Positions 12,050 through 24,060 are shown, counted from the whole stretch's first letter. The stretch: 63,637 nucleotides of DNA, filler included, from Octopus bimaculoides (GCF_001194135.2; 6 parts of 5 records of this genome joined end to end with filler, not necessarily neighbours in it); one strand, 5' to 3'. Numbers and translations are program-made. The notes: a model not told the origin generated them from the sequence alone.

Positions 12050-14612
12050 TCGTGCAGCCCAAATAAAACCATCAAGCACAACATTGCACAATATATTTTT
12101 TATTTCATTTTCGGCTTTTAACGCAGCTTTTCCTGTGTTTTCTGGTGGTTCACTGTATTTTGGTATTAACCTTGACAAACCATCTGCATTCCCAATTTTT
12201 CGATGACAAATACTCCATTTTGAAGTCGTAATTGAGTAGGATCTTTCCCCAGCTCTGCAATTTGTTGGCTGTATGTGTGGGGGTACTCTTTTTTGATCCA
12301 TAGATCGACAATAATGGGCGGTGGTCTGTCTACAAACGGGGACCTTCTTCTATGTATAAATTTATGGAATTTTTTAGCGCAGATATGATGGCTAGTACCT
12401 CTTTTTCTATTTGACTGTAACTTTTCTCAGCCAGCAATAATGAACGCGAAGCATGAGCTACTGCTTTCAGGCTACCATCTTCATATTTGTGCAAAATCAC
12501 ATCTACAATACCACTTTCACTAGCATCTGCTGCCACTACTATTTCTAAATTCGGGTCAAAATGTAATAACGACAATTCCGACGTTAAGACGTTTTTAATT
12601 TCTTAAAAAGTTTTTTGGCATTTGTCCAACCATTTTCACTAATGTCTTTTTTTTTTAACAAGTTATTCAGCCGTGCTATTAAATCGTGCATATTCGGTAT
12701 GTATACCTAGTAGTAGTTTGCAAGTTCCAAAAATCCTTGTAATGTTTGTCGGTGGAGGCATATTTTTTATTGCACTCGCCCTAGACGGGTCTTGTCTGCG
12801 TCCATTTTCATCAATAATCTGCCCTAGATATATTATTCTTGGCATAAAAATTTCACATTTCTTCGCTGGGCTTAAAACCATAATCTTTTATTCTTTCGAA
12901 GTCTCTTTTAAGATGTTCAGCATACTGACCCTGAGATTCACTTTTTATGAGTATGTTGTCAAGGTAATCTACAGTGAAATCCGAACCTGCAAGCATAATT
13001 TCCATAACTTGTTGGAAAATGCTAGGTGCTACCTTTATAACAAAGGGGAGTCGATTAAATTAATACAAACCTTTATGGGTATTTATTGTCAATGATTTTG
13101 AACATTCCTCATCGACTTTTACCTGCAAATATGCTTCGGATAGGTCCAACTTTGAAAAATATTTTCCTCTATTTAACTTCGCGAAAATTTTCCTCCGGAC
13201 TTGGTAACGAGTAATTATATGGCCTCAAACATTCGTTTAATCCCGTTGAAAAACCAGTGCATACTCGGATTTTTTTTTCTTGACATAAACTGTTAAGGAC
13301 GCCCATTTTGTGTAATCAATTTTTTTAATAACGCCAAGTTTTTCAAGTCTATCCAATTCTTTGTACTCTTGTTTCAACGCTGCGAAAGGTACCGTTTTTG
13401 GTTTTGTTTTTGTTTTTTTGTTTTTTAACCGGTATAACGTTTTCTTTCACTTGAAATTTCGCCTCTGTTTTGGTGCAAAGACCCAATTCCTCAGAAAAAA
13501 ACTTCATGAAAAATTAAATTTTTTTTTTTAAATCCTCCAACGCCTTATTTGTACCATTCACATTTTTACAAAAAATATTTATAGGGAGTTCCCATAAGTT
13601 AAATAGTTCCATCCAGTCTGTTCCAAATAAATTTGTCGTATTTTTCAACACAAAAACTTTAGCTTTCAAAGTTTTTCCACGAAATATAACATCACTTATC
13701 ATTTTGCCAATTAAGATGCAATTTTTTTTTCCTGAAACACCTCGCGCAATTTTCGAAGTTTCCTTTAATCTAGTTTTCCCTATTTTTCTCCATGTATCTG
13801 TATTAGTTATCGTGATATCACTGCCTGTATTTAAATTGTAATTTGATATTCACACTATTCGTTTTTATGGACACAAATTTTCTTTTCTGAGCATCACTTA
13901 GAATTTTTGTTAACTATATATTCTTTCTAGAATTTTGTTTCGCTATACACCGCGAGCTTTTATGTCCGATCTTTCCACACTCGAAGCATTTACGACTTTC
14001 AAAAGGACAATTACTTCTAAAATGTAAACCTCCGCACCCATAGCATGGATTTGGTCTTCATGTTCGGTTTTTCCTTTTTCTTATCCGTTTCATGTATCTG
14101 AGAGCAATCTTTTTCTTCAATTTTATCCGTGTCATGTCTTAAATTTATAATCCTCTGACATTCTTCAGCCACTGCCTGTAGAGTTAATTTTTGGTCCTGT
14201 TTTAATTTTGTTAATATACGGAAACGTGTATCAGCATCTTTTCTTGCAGTTAACCCTTGAACAAAAGTTAAACATTTGAACAAATCCGGAGTTAATTCAT
14301 TTAACTTGAATTTTTCACGCTCTCTGTTAACGACCCCAGCGTAGGTGACGAAATCTTCATCTTTTTTAACTAAATTTAAACACTGTCAACGAGTGTTGAA
14401 CAGAGAACTTCTTCCACTGAAAATTCTCGATAACAAATTGTTTCATCGAAACAAATCACAGCTGGTTTCTTCGGTAGAATATAATTACAGCATTTTTCGT
14501 ATTCGGCAGCGGATAACTTTCTTAAAAGTAGTCGCACCTTCTCGTCATTCCAATTTTTATCGAGAAATGCGGTGTAATGATTCTCAAAAGGTGAAAAATC
14601 AGTAAAAGCCAT
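12050..14612 (-). mobile_element. Ty3/Gypsy LTR-retrotransposon internal fragment (gag-protease-RT-RNase H), degenerate, integrase absent
   Basis: gag-like VRLLLRKL..YEK..NYILPKKP and CLTFVQGL..DADTR.RIL.KL; NLFGTDW protease end; KCEIFM..I.YLGQIIDENG..DP RT; AADASESG..AHASRSL..AEKSYSQIEKE.LAI and NADGLSRL RNase H. Confidence 0.9.
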
Positions 14613-15783
14613 GGGATCAAGCTTGAGAGAAGTGAACCTATAAAGGAACTCGGAGAGGAAGAATATATGTACCTGGGTATCATTGAGAGAGATAAGATGA
14701 ATGAACACAAGATAAAAGAAATATACAGGAAAGAGAATTTGAGGAGCACTCGGCTTGTACTCCAATCGAAGCTAAATGGCCCCTGTAACATTAGAGCAAT
14801 TAACACGTGGGCTGTGGCTTTGATGAGATATGGGGCAGGAATAGTATCTTGGAAGAAGCATGAATTACAAGAGACAGACCGGAGAACACGTAAAATAATG
14901 ACAATGAACAAGGAACTATACCCCAAGAGTGATGTGTCGAGGCTGTATGTAAACAGGAAAGAAGGCGGACGGGATTAATGCGTTGTGAAGGTTGTGTAAG
15001 GGAAGAGGAGAATAGCCTGGCTTGGCATGTCAAGGGGATTAAAAAAATGATTGAAGCAGTGAAAATGCAGGGAACTGACTCGCTACAGTGTAAGATGTAC
15101 TCTGAGAAGGGAGAAAGTATAAGATATATTGTTAGTGAGTGTTGTAAGCTTGCACAACGCGAATACAAAAGGAGACACGACAATGTGGCCAGATATGTCG
15201 ACTGGCTGTTGTGCGGTAAAGCAAATGTCGAGAGAGCCGAACAATGGTATGAACACAAGCCAGAGGTAGTAATGGAAAAGAAGCATTACAAAATACTCTG
15301 AGATTTTAACATGCAGCGTGACCAAGTCATACAGGCGAGACGACTAGATATCATGCTCTTCCATAAAGATGAAAAAGAAGTAAAGATAATAGATGTTGCA
15401 ATATCAGGCGATTCGAGGATGAAATGTAAGGAAACAGAAAAGATTGAGAAATACCAGCCACTGCGGGTCGGGATAGGAAAGTTATGGGGCATGAGGAAAG
15501 TTATGGGGCATGAGTAAAGTAATGGTGATACCGGTGGTAATTGGAGCATTAGGAGCAGTTTACAAGAGCTTTGAAAAACATTAAGAATATTGGAGCTGCT
15601 GTCAAGCTTGAGGGGATCCAGAAGATAACATTGTTGGGTACAGCTCACAATCTAAGGAGATTATTGTCTCTTTGAGTCACAGGAGAAGGCACTATTTGAA
15701 ACCTTTGGTGATTTGTTATTTCCTGCTTTCAAGTAAAGAATAGCCGGTAATTAAGAACTATCCGAGAGTCTTTCATAATAGAC

Positions 15784-15784
<1 letters not shown>
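14613..15784 (+). mobile_element. R4/Dong 3' part (RT thumb to endonuclease), internally deleted
   Basis: ORFs 14667-14978 (YLG..AINTWAV..RYGAG..RLYVNRKEGGR), 14978-15301 (CKM..ESIRYIVSECCKLAQREYKRRHD), 15311-15517 (RRLDI..IIDVAI..KIEKY). Confidence 0.9.

Positions 15785-15846
<62 letters not shown>
15785..15846. repeat. (AAT)n array
   Basis: About 20 units. Confidence 0.95.
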
Positions 15847-15848
<2 letters not shown>

Positions 15849-16298
15849 GATCAGACAAAGAAGACGTGTTTATTAATAATTGACATGAGTATTCCTTACG
15901 ATCATAATATAGCGGCGAAAGAATTTGACAAGATCAGTAAATATAAAGACTTGCTAATAGAAATTGAAAAAATGTGGCACCTCAAGGCGACTACCGTACC
16001 AGTGATTGTAGGATCTCTAGGAATGATAAAAAAAAAAAAAGTACTGAAACCTATTTGAAAATGATACTAGGCTTACCATCCCTACAGGAAGTGCAAAAAA
16101 TCGTGCTAACTGAGAAGAGCATATCGCTGTGAAAACAACATCCATTCATGAATTTTTTTTTTTTAAATACATATTTTACCTGTGAATTTGCGTGTGTAAA
16201 CTGGGAATGCATACAACGAGTTTCTCTGCCCTAGGTGTACGGAAAACACTCGGCGAGAAATGGAAGAAAATTTGAAGAAAGAAGAAAAAAAAAACAAC
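15847..16298 (+). mobile_element. R4/Dong endonuclease end and 3'UTR, short 5'-truncated copy between TAA arrays
   Basis: IDMSIPYDHNIAAKEFDKISKYKDLLIEIEKMWHLKATTVPVIVGSLGMI; same subfamily as 59060-59400. Confidence 0.85.

Positions 16299-16357
<59 letters not shown>
16299..16357. repeat. (AAT)n array
   Basis: About 19 units. Confidence 0.95.
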
Positions 16358-16361
16358 TGTA

Positions 16362-16520
16362 TCTTAAGGACAACAAGGATTATCAGGAGAGTTCTAAGCA
16401 CTTAAAAGACAGCTGAAAACTAAACCTGTTGATACCTAAGGTTACAAGTAGTAACCTGCTACCCACATAAATCCTACCAGGAATAAGACAGAACCTGATC
16501 CAAACCAAAATATTAATAAC
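16362..16520 (+). mobile_element. Extreme 3' end of an R4/Dong-like element
   Basis: AGGAGAGTTCTAAGCACTTAA (RRVLST*) resembles the ORF terminus of the other copies; followed by a UTR-like stretch. Confidence 0.5.
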
Positions 16521-16754
16521 GTTTTCTTTATTAACCACCAAATGGTTCGCAAAAGTTTGGGGGCGGTACTGGATGACACAATGTGAGGTCGGAAGACACA
16601 TATATGCCATTCGAAACCACACATTGATTTAACTTCACTTAAACAGTTATTATTTGGTGTCAAAACTTTCGCCACATCAACTGCGACTACAGCTGCTGCT
16701 ACTATTACTACTACTACTACTAATACTACTACTACTGTTGCTGATACAGTTTCT

Positions 16755-16984
16755 TATTTCTTCATTGCCCACAAGGGGCTAAACATAGAGGGGACAAACA
16801 AGGACAGACAAACGGATTAAGTCGATTATATCGACCCCAGTGCGTAACTGGTACTTAATTTTTCGACCCCGAAAGGATGATAGGCAAAGTCGACTTCGGC
16901 AGAATTTGAACTCAGAACGTAACAGCAGACGAAATATTGCTAAGCATTTCGCCCGGCGTGCTAACGTTTCTGCCAGCTCGCCGC
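16755..16984 (-). mobile_element. Full-length SINE family A with 20-bp target-site duplication
   Basis: TSD CTGTTGCTGATACAGTTTCT at 16735-16754 and 16985-17004; roughly 90% identical by eye to 46469-46702. Confidence 0.95.
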
Positions 16985-17495
16985 CTGTTGCTGATACAGT
17001 TTCTACGCCCACACCTTTACATAATTTGCATCAACCCTTCTCTTTACGGTCTGTCCTGTGGTTATGCACTGATAGATTTTCTTTTTTGAAGTGACTAATT
17101 CCTGATTTGCTGTATTTAGACACACAAAGCCGAAGGGGGCCCCCTAAGAGAACGAAGGAAGAGAGCGTGTATGAGTTACAACTAAATGTCAAGCAACTAT
17201 GAACACCGTGCAATGACAACCAGAACGACTGACTTCTATAGATGAAAAAAATCATATTTATCACACTGAAGCTTTAATATATATATTAACAGCTTCGCTT
17301 CAAACTAGTTCAAACCACCGCAGCGAACAGGTTGCAGTTGGTGCAACGAGAATATTGATACCAAATAATGTGTAAGTGAATTGAACAGTCTTTTTGTTAT
17401 TTTTGAATGTCTAATATGTATGTTTCACGCTGTAATCGTTTTGGTTTCAACGCACAATCTCAGATTAACTCATTTGCCAGACAAATACACCCACG

Positions 17496-17496
17496 A

Positions 17497-17560
<64 letters not shown>
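17496..17560. repeat. (AAT)n array
   Basis: About 21 units. Confidence 0.95.
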
Positions 17561-17562
<2 letters not shown>

Positions 17563-17792
17563 CCTAGAAAGCATGGAAAATGGCTAATATTTCCTTCAAA
17601 CTTTGCTTTTGTTACATTTGTTCAAACACTGAAGAACCCTTCTCAACACATGGCTGTGTTGCTCCCCACGCCACTCCTGCTCATGATTAGAGATGCACAT
17701 ATTGTCAGCCACCAAGGGGCATGCTCAAGTGGTTAACATCAAGAAACTGACAAGCAAATCTGTGGTATTGAGCAGAATATTTGCTATAACGA
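17561..17792 (+). mobile_element. Probable LINE 3' tail fragment directly after a TAA array
   Basis: Abuts (AAT)n like the R4 copies; recalled as a common cephalopod repeat, with no coding motif to confirm. Confidence 0.35.
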
Positions 17793-18329
17793 TATTTCTG
17801 CTTCAGCAGCTCAGCGCTGAATCTGTCTGATATGTAATGGAAAATAGGTCAGTTTCAAAACATTGATGTCCAGGTAACAAAAGCAAAGTTTGAAGAGAAT
17901 AGTAGCCATTTCCTTTGACTTCTAGGTAGAAGCAAATCGGAAATAACACTTACTGACCAAAAACAAAAAGAAATAAAATTTCGTTACACGGTGTAATATT
18001 CGAATTATAAAAGTTTGAAAAATTCTCCAATTTTAATTCTTTAGGATAAACAATTTGCTTTTATTCGAAAAATATCAGTGAATTGAATGGACATTCTTTG
18101 ATACAACTGAAATCATTCAAACTTTTTTCTCTTTTGCTTAGAATGCCTCCTGTAAAAATTATATTTTTGTCGAAATTATGAGGTCTTTTTATGAATCTGA
18201 GCGTTTAAATTATTTGCGTCAATTTTACAAACAAGTAGATTATAAAGCAATTATATCCCTAATTTAAGATTTATTTTTAGCACACCAACTTACATTCTTC
18301 AAGAATAAAAAAAATAAATGCTTGATCAC

Positions 18330-18680
18330 AGTTTTGTATTTGCTAATGAAGTTCCATAGCGGAATCCAAAGGAATTCCAATGACAGTTCCTGTCATTATT
18401 ACCTGGGATTGTCGGTGTTGCTGAATCATATGAACAGCTTTAATTATCATATGGAATATTTATTCTCAATTGGAATATTTTTGATATCTTAATTATTGAA
18501 GTGGCTCTTCATAATAGTGTTTCAGCATTTTCTGCCAATTTCTTCTTCAATGCTTTAATATCTTTAAATTTGAATGTTTGTCTCACAATTTTTAGTCCAC
18601 CTATCAACCAAGCAAATACACTTTTAAATGAATATAATTTAGCAGATATAAGTATATGGAGGTGGTTATAATATATATTG
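18330..18680 (-). mobile_element. Tc1/IS630-like (DDE_3) transposase C-terminal relic
   Basis: ORF 18509-18694 HLHI..VFAWLIGG..VRQTFKFKDIKAL resembles the PYH..LNPIE..WA..KG..N.TFK pattern. Confidence 0.35.
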
Positions 18681-18691
18681 TCGTGGATATA

Positions 18692-19480
18692 CAACAGGAA
18701 TCCTCAACTCCTAAATCACGGACCAGTACCAGGCCGTGGGCCACATAGAAAGGATAAAATTTTAAAATTTATTTTTATTTTATTGATTTTCACGTGGTGG
18801 TGTTTTTCCGTGTGGTGTTTTATTTTTAAAAAATTACCACTTCCGTCTGTGCCTCTTTCCTGCACTTATCAAAGTCACATTTTTTTTGTTGTTTGTTTTT
18901 CTTTCCTGCACGATAAATTTCTTATGCACGTGATCACCCGGTCCACGGAAGAATTGTCTTGCATGAAATTGGTCCGTTGTGCAAAAAAATTGGGAACCGC
19001 TGATATACTATACATTTTATTGGCGGCTAATGTTTAAGATCGAGTCCAAAAACATAGAAATAAAGTACCGACAGCATCTAAATTCTGAATGGTGGAATTT
19101 AAACGAGATAGTCCCACAAAGAACACTAGGAAAAACAAGAATGCGAATAGAAAATATTTGTTGATTTGTTTTTCTGATTTGAAATTACAATTTGTAATTT
19201 GCAACTATAATCGAGTCTATTTCAGTCTTTATAACGAATCGACTGTTCAATGTGAGTTCTCATACTTGTTCCCTTATTATATAACCAGAAAGTGGTAACA
19301 ATTTATTGCTTTATTCTTCATGTTCAAGTTTGTCAGGTTGTATAAAGAATGTATACAAACACCAGTTTTGATCCTCACTGTTTTGCATACTCATAATAAT
19401 TTAATATCAGCATTACAGGCCTTTGTAGGTATTAGCAAATGGTACGTTTGCTGATTCCTTTAGATAGAAGCAATTATTTC
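18692..19480 (-). mobile_element. hAT-Charlie-like transposon 3' end relic
   Basis: CAGGAATCCTCAACTCCTAAATCACGGACCAGTACCAGGCCGTGGGCC resembles MER1/Charlie termini; minus strand VPFANTY..KYENSH resembles the hAT dimerisation tail. Confidence 0.45.
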
Positions 19481-19919
19481 CGTCTAGTTCCACAGAACCG
19501 AGTGGCACCCATCACTGAGGAGGCAATAACTATACTGAAACACTGGTGTTTGATAGACTACTGACGTCACTTGAACTGAGTGTTCTACTTACATCGTCTC
19601 CGAGATGAAATCCAACAGCGAAAAGCCATGTTCACGTTCTAGTCTGCTGGAACGTATTAAGAAAGAGTGTACACATCGTAATGGATTTCTCTTTTCCGAT
19701 AGATAACTATCAGTTAAGGATAATTTATGTCTAACCACGCAACTCATTTTAATAGAATAAAACAAACGTCAGATAGAGAAGACAAAACGATTATGGAATA
19801 TGATTATAAAAGCGATATAACTTTTCTGAAAATAGTTTACTGCAATTCTAGCGATCATCATTTAGCGAGAAACACTTGGCTCCCTCACTGAAAAAAGGTT
19901 CATATTAAACTTTTAAGTA

Positions 19920-22060
19920 TCTAACCTCCATCCAACTCTACATTTTTGTACCATTAAATGATATATAGAATGGAACAGATTTACTTCATAAAACGCCAAG
20001 AGAACATATGAAGCCAACCCTGGTAAAGAGAGGTAGTCCTCAGAGACTGCGTATGAAGCAGCGAGTTGAAAGCCTGGTGCAACTGCAATCCATTGCCAAA
20101 GATCCAGACAGATGTATATCCATAGAGTAAAAAGGTTAAGGAAAAGATAATAGAAAAGGTTGTGAAGCCCATGGGCGTAATTGGACATATCAAGTAAGCA
20201 TGGACGCGACCTAGAGATGAAACTACACAGCCAAATCTGAAGGAAACCCGGGAATATCAGTAACGCGTTACTACACACATCTTTAATGAAAGAAATAGAC
20301 TTCGATTAACTGCTAGAAAAATTATGTTTGCTAAACTGGAAACTCAATGAACATTCAGAAACTAAGAGAGTGGGTGAAGATATGACAAAATTAAATGTGA
20401 GCGTCCTTCCTGGTTATATAATGTAAGAAAAACAGAAAACAGAGACAAGTTCCGAGAATAAGATTCTTATTGTGATGTGAGGGAATTATGTACAGATCAT
20501 ATTTGAATAGAGTTGTCAATATGCAGTTGCATCTTCAGAGAGGAGAGATCAAGACAGGTATACAGGTGAATGCAACTACAATAGACCAAGAAGATGGAGA
20601 CATAAAGAGGTACGAAGAGGTAACGAAAGTAACAAACCGGTGGTTCTCAACCGGGGTCCAAATGGCCCCTGAGGGTCCATATAAGATTTTTGGGAGTCCA
20701 TGCAACAAAATAATAAATTAAGGATCCACAGTAGTATTTTAGAGGTCCATGAAAAACTTTGCTTTAGGTGTATTTATTGCACGAAACAGCTACGAGGTTT
20801 CTTTAACATTTTACATAGTTCAACTTACACACGTTAACGTGTTAAAAACAAAATAGAAATTTTGAAAGAAGTATCTATAAAATTAGGCTAAGGGGGTCAA
20901 CCAGAATAAAATAGTAATCGAAAGGGTCCATAGATAAAAAAAAATTGACGAGAACCCCTGCAATAGACGATGATAAATCTAGGTATGTAGTAACCCTCAG
21001 TGATTTTAATGCTGAAGTGGAGAAACAAAAATATGGGGAAGAAAACACAATTGTTACATTTGGCTGTTGGAAGAAGGTTGATACAGGGTAACTGTTGGTA
21101 GATTTTGCTATTAAACAAAATCTAGTGATTGGAAACATTTGGTTTAAGAAAAGGGGGTGGTTTTGGGACATAGGGAAGTCCAAATAGTTAAATGAGAAAT
21201 TAGATTTTATCTTTCCTAGTTAAAGTCATTATTTAGGACTGTAGCCTTCTCAAAAGAATTGGCATAGGAAGTATCTATAAAATGGTTGAGGCAAGAATTA
21301 CTATAAACGGAAAATTAGCAAGACTATAAATATGATAAATAACAAAACGAAAATATAATAAATATATGAAAACTGCAAGAAAAAAAGATCTGCTACAAGA
21401 GAAGGGGAGAGAGGAGTTGGAGAGAGGGAGAGAGAGAGAGAGAGGCGAAGATGGATTTAGAAATGTCATGTTAAGAAATAGCAAACATAACGAACACTGG
21501 AATGACAACAGCAGAGGAGTTGGTGCCTATGACGATAAACAGAAAATTGGGCAAAAGAACTGGATAAAAGGGCAGTATGAAGGCAGAAGAAATGAGCTGA
21601 AAAATAATGAACTAAAGTTTGTATAGAAAAAGGTAGAATTCTCAGAATCATAAAGACAATAGAAATCTAAGAAAACAGAGAAGGAGAAACAAAAAAATGG
21701 TAGTGAAGATTGTGGTGAGTAGGAAAAGCCCAAAATAAAAAGAGAAAGAAAGAACAAAATAGAATTTTCGATGTGAAGAAAAGAAATGTAGATTTATCAC
21801 AAGATAGAACTGAGATATTAAAGATATGCTCTTATCAGGAGCAATATAATTCGACAGAAAACTATCAAATGGTAAGTCAAATATTAATCAACCAAAAGGA
21901 ACTACCGCTTATACTCGGGGGAACAGTAAAAGCAGAAAAGAAAAAAGTAAAGCAGCAGATCTCTAAGAAACGATGTAATCATATCTGATTTAATAAAAGT
22001 GGTGGGAAAGCCAATAATATATATGATGACAAAAATGTCTAACAGTAGTAAGGAAAATCG
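19920..22060 (+). mobile_element. Highly degenerate RTE-clade LINE (AP endonuclease and linker)
   Basis: ~20990-21155 reads VTLSDFNAEV..G*LLVDFAIKQNLVIGNIWFKKR (APE GDFNA motif); ~21970-22020 NDVIISDLIKVVGKPI. Confidence 0.6.
20638..20960. mobile_element. hAT-type MITE inserted in the RTE relic
   Basis: Termini CGGTGGTTCTCAAC and GACGAGAACCCCTG fit the CAGTGGTTCTCAAC hAT TIR; 8-bp flanks TAACAAAC/CAATAGAC are a decayed TSD at best. Confidence 0.65.
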
Positions 22061-22200
22061 CTGATTTATAGAATGAAGCTAATATCATACAGCTACATAA
22101 AAAGAAGGGTTAAATGAATTACAGATCCATATATAATGTATGTGTGTATATATACATATATATATAGCCACTGCACATTCTTTATTTTCTCTCCTTGTTT

Positions 22201-22238
22201 CTTTCTGTGGAAGAGCGTAGGCTCGAAACGTTAAAGAC
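22201..22238 (+). ncRNA. Degenerate minimal type I hammerhead ribozyme in a Penelope-like terminal repeat (~22165-22340)
   Basis: TCTTT-CTGTGGA-A-GAGC GTAG GCTC-GAAA-CGT-T-AAAGA: stem I TCTTT/AAAGA, stem II GAGC/GCTC, palindromic stem III ACGT; core deviates from CUGANGA. Confidence 0.6.
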
Positions 22239-22345
22239 TTTTTCACTTCCCGAGCGTTAAACACCTGTTATGCATCTTGTTGTCTACACCACCTGTCTTC
22301 GTCTTTTGTTTTTTGTTTGTTTTTTTTGTGAACTCTCCCACAATG

Positions 22346-22348
<3 letters not shown>

Positions 22349-22397
<49 letters not shown>

Positions 22398-22675
22398 TAT
22401 TATATTATATATTATTTATTATTTAATTGAACGCGACGCATCCATTTCCAAGTAAGTTTATCTTCACCTTTTTGATGCAACTCTCAACCCTATACTGTTT
22501 TCATTCTCCATCACTCTCTAATTCCCTTTTTCTCCCCTCCCTCCTTCACCGTTTTCTATCTGTCTGTCTCTCTCTCTCCCCCTCTTTCTCTTTTCCTCTC
22601 TCTCTCTCTCTTTCTCTCCCTTCTTTCTCTTTTTCTCTCTCTCTCTTTCTCTCCTTTCTCTTTTCCTCTCTCGTT
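22349..22675. repeat. (TA)n, AT-rich and CT-rich low-complexity tracts
   Basis: Direct inspection. Confidence 0.8.
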
Positions 22676-22805
22676 GCTCACACGTGACATCGTCCATCTT
22701 TCTTTTCCTCACGTGACCATCTTTCTTTTCCTGCGCGGACATTCAAAAGGGCGGACATTCANNNNNNNNNNNNNNNNNNNNNNNNNNNNNNNNNNNNNNN
22801 NNNNN

Positions 22806-22817
22806 TTAATTAATTAA
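22806..22817. other. Artificial assembly spacer TTAATTAATTAA between short N runs (also 39514, 53239, 58086, 61454)
   Basis: Identical 12-mer in the same N-flanked layout five times; it has stops in all six frames. Confidence 0.9.
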
Positions 22818-22860
22818 NNNNNNNNNNNNNNNNNNNNNNNNNNNNNNNNNNNNNNNNNNN

Positions 22861-24060
22861 NATGTTATTGGGGGATGTGTAGGAATCCAGATCAATGGAA
22901 TTATTGTTATGGCTATTTGTCCTACCAATGTTATTATTGGTATTGTTATTATCTAGAATATTAATGGGTTGGGATCCATTGTTGTTTTGTTCTAGTGTAC
23001 GAGCGTTAGTGTTAGAAGAACGTATATTAGTGTCCGTGTTGGGTGTATGTGCGGGTCGGGTGCTGGCGCTAGCGTAGTTATGGTTGCTTAGGTTTTGGTA
23101 ATAGAGCGAGAGTTTATGTTTGTTAGAAGCTGCTATAATAGATTCAAAGTTAGGAGTGGTAGAATACGATAATTTTAAAGTGGATCTGTTGAATATAGAG
23201 TGGTATTTGTGTTGTCGTGGGAAGTTAGAATCTAGTATTTTAAAGAAAGATATGGCTAGGTTTCTAGTGTTAAGAGAGAATGGGGGAGTGTACCACAGGA
23301 TGGAGCGGCCACTGCTTTTTTGGGGGGTTCTGTGCATGTTGTAATTAAGGTGTTTAGGTGGAGGGCAGTTGTCCATACTTTTGGTAGGGCTAGCTGATTT
23401 AAACATCTTAGATTTAGCCCTAGTGTTATAGGTGTGATTGTGGGGTCTGTTTGAATATGTGGGTGGTTGGTTGTGGTTTTGGGGTGCGATTTGTGATATA
23501 AATTAAGTCTGGTGTTATGAATGTATTTTATTTGTTGGGAGAAACCACTAGCCGCTAGTGCTTGATTGTAGTATGGAGCGTGATTGTTAAAAATTTCTTC
23601 GGAAAAGGATAGATCAGATATGCGGGTAGAGATACCTATGATTATGTTATCGAAAGTAGATCTGTGATGATTAGATTGAATATTGAGGTATTTTAGCTAC
23701 TGGTTGGGTTTATGATAGTGTTGCGAGTTAGATAGGTTTAGAGAAACGTCCAAGAAGTTAGCCGTTTTGTATGCGTTTTCAAATGTTATTGATAGATTCA
23801 TACCTGAGAAAAATTTGTGTAGATCCTTTTTTGTCCTCTCAATGGAAGATTTGTTAGTAGTCTTGGTAATAAGTAAAGCGTCGTCCCTATATAGACCACC
23901 ATGGATGTTAGGGAAGTGTGATTTTAATTGGTGGAGTATGTACAATCCAACTAATTCCGTGGCCTGAGCTGAATCGGAAGAACCCATGGTTACATCAAAT
24001 AATTTGTTAGAGCTATTAGTACGTTGATTAGTTCGGCACCAGAGCTTGTTCTCGAAAGCT
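22861..24060 (-). mobile_element. Penelope-like element RT and thumb fragment (RDD type), 5'-truncated, degenerate
   Basis: ORF 23697-24146 FDVTMGSSDSAQATELVGLYIL..GLYRDDAL..NFLDVSLNL..KPN; ORF 22810-23406 ILWYTPPFS..FPRQHKYHSIFNRSTLKLSYS..II..NKHKL. Confidence 0.9.

Noticed and set aside
19913-20278. 121-aa hydrophobic minus-strand ORF
   Set aside because: Antisense to a purine-rich LINE relic; composition explains the hydrophobicity.
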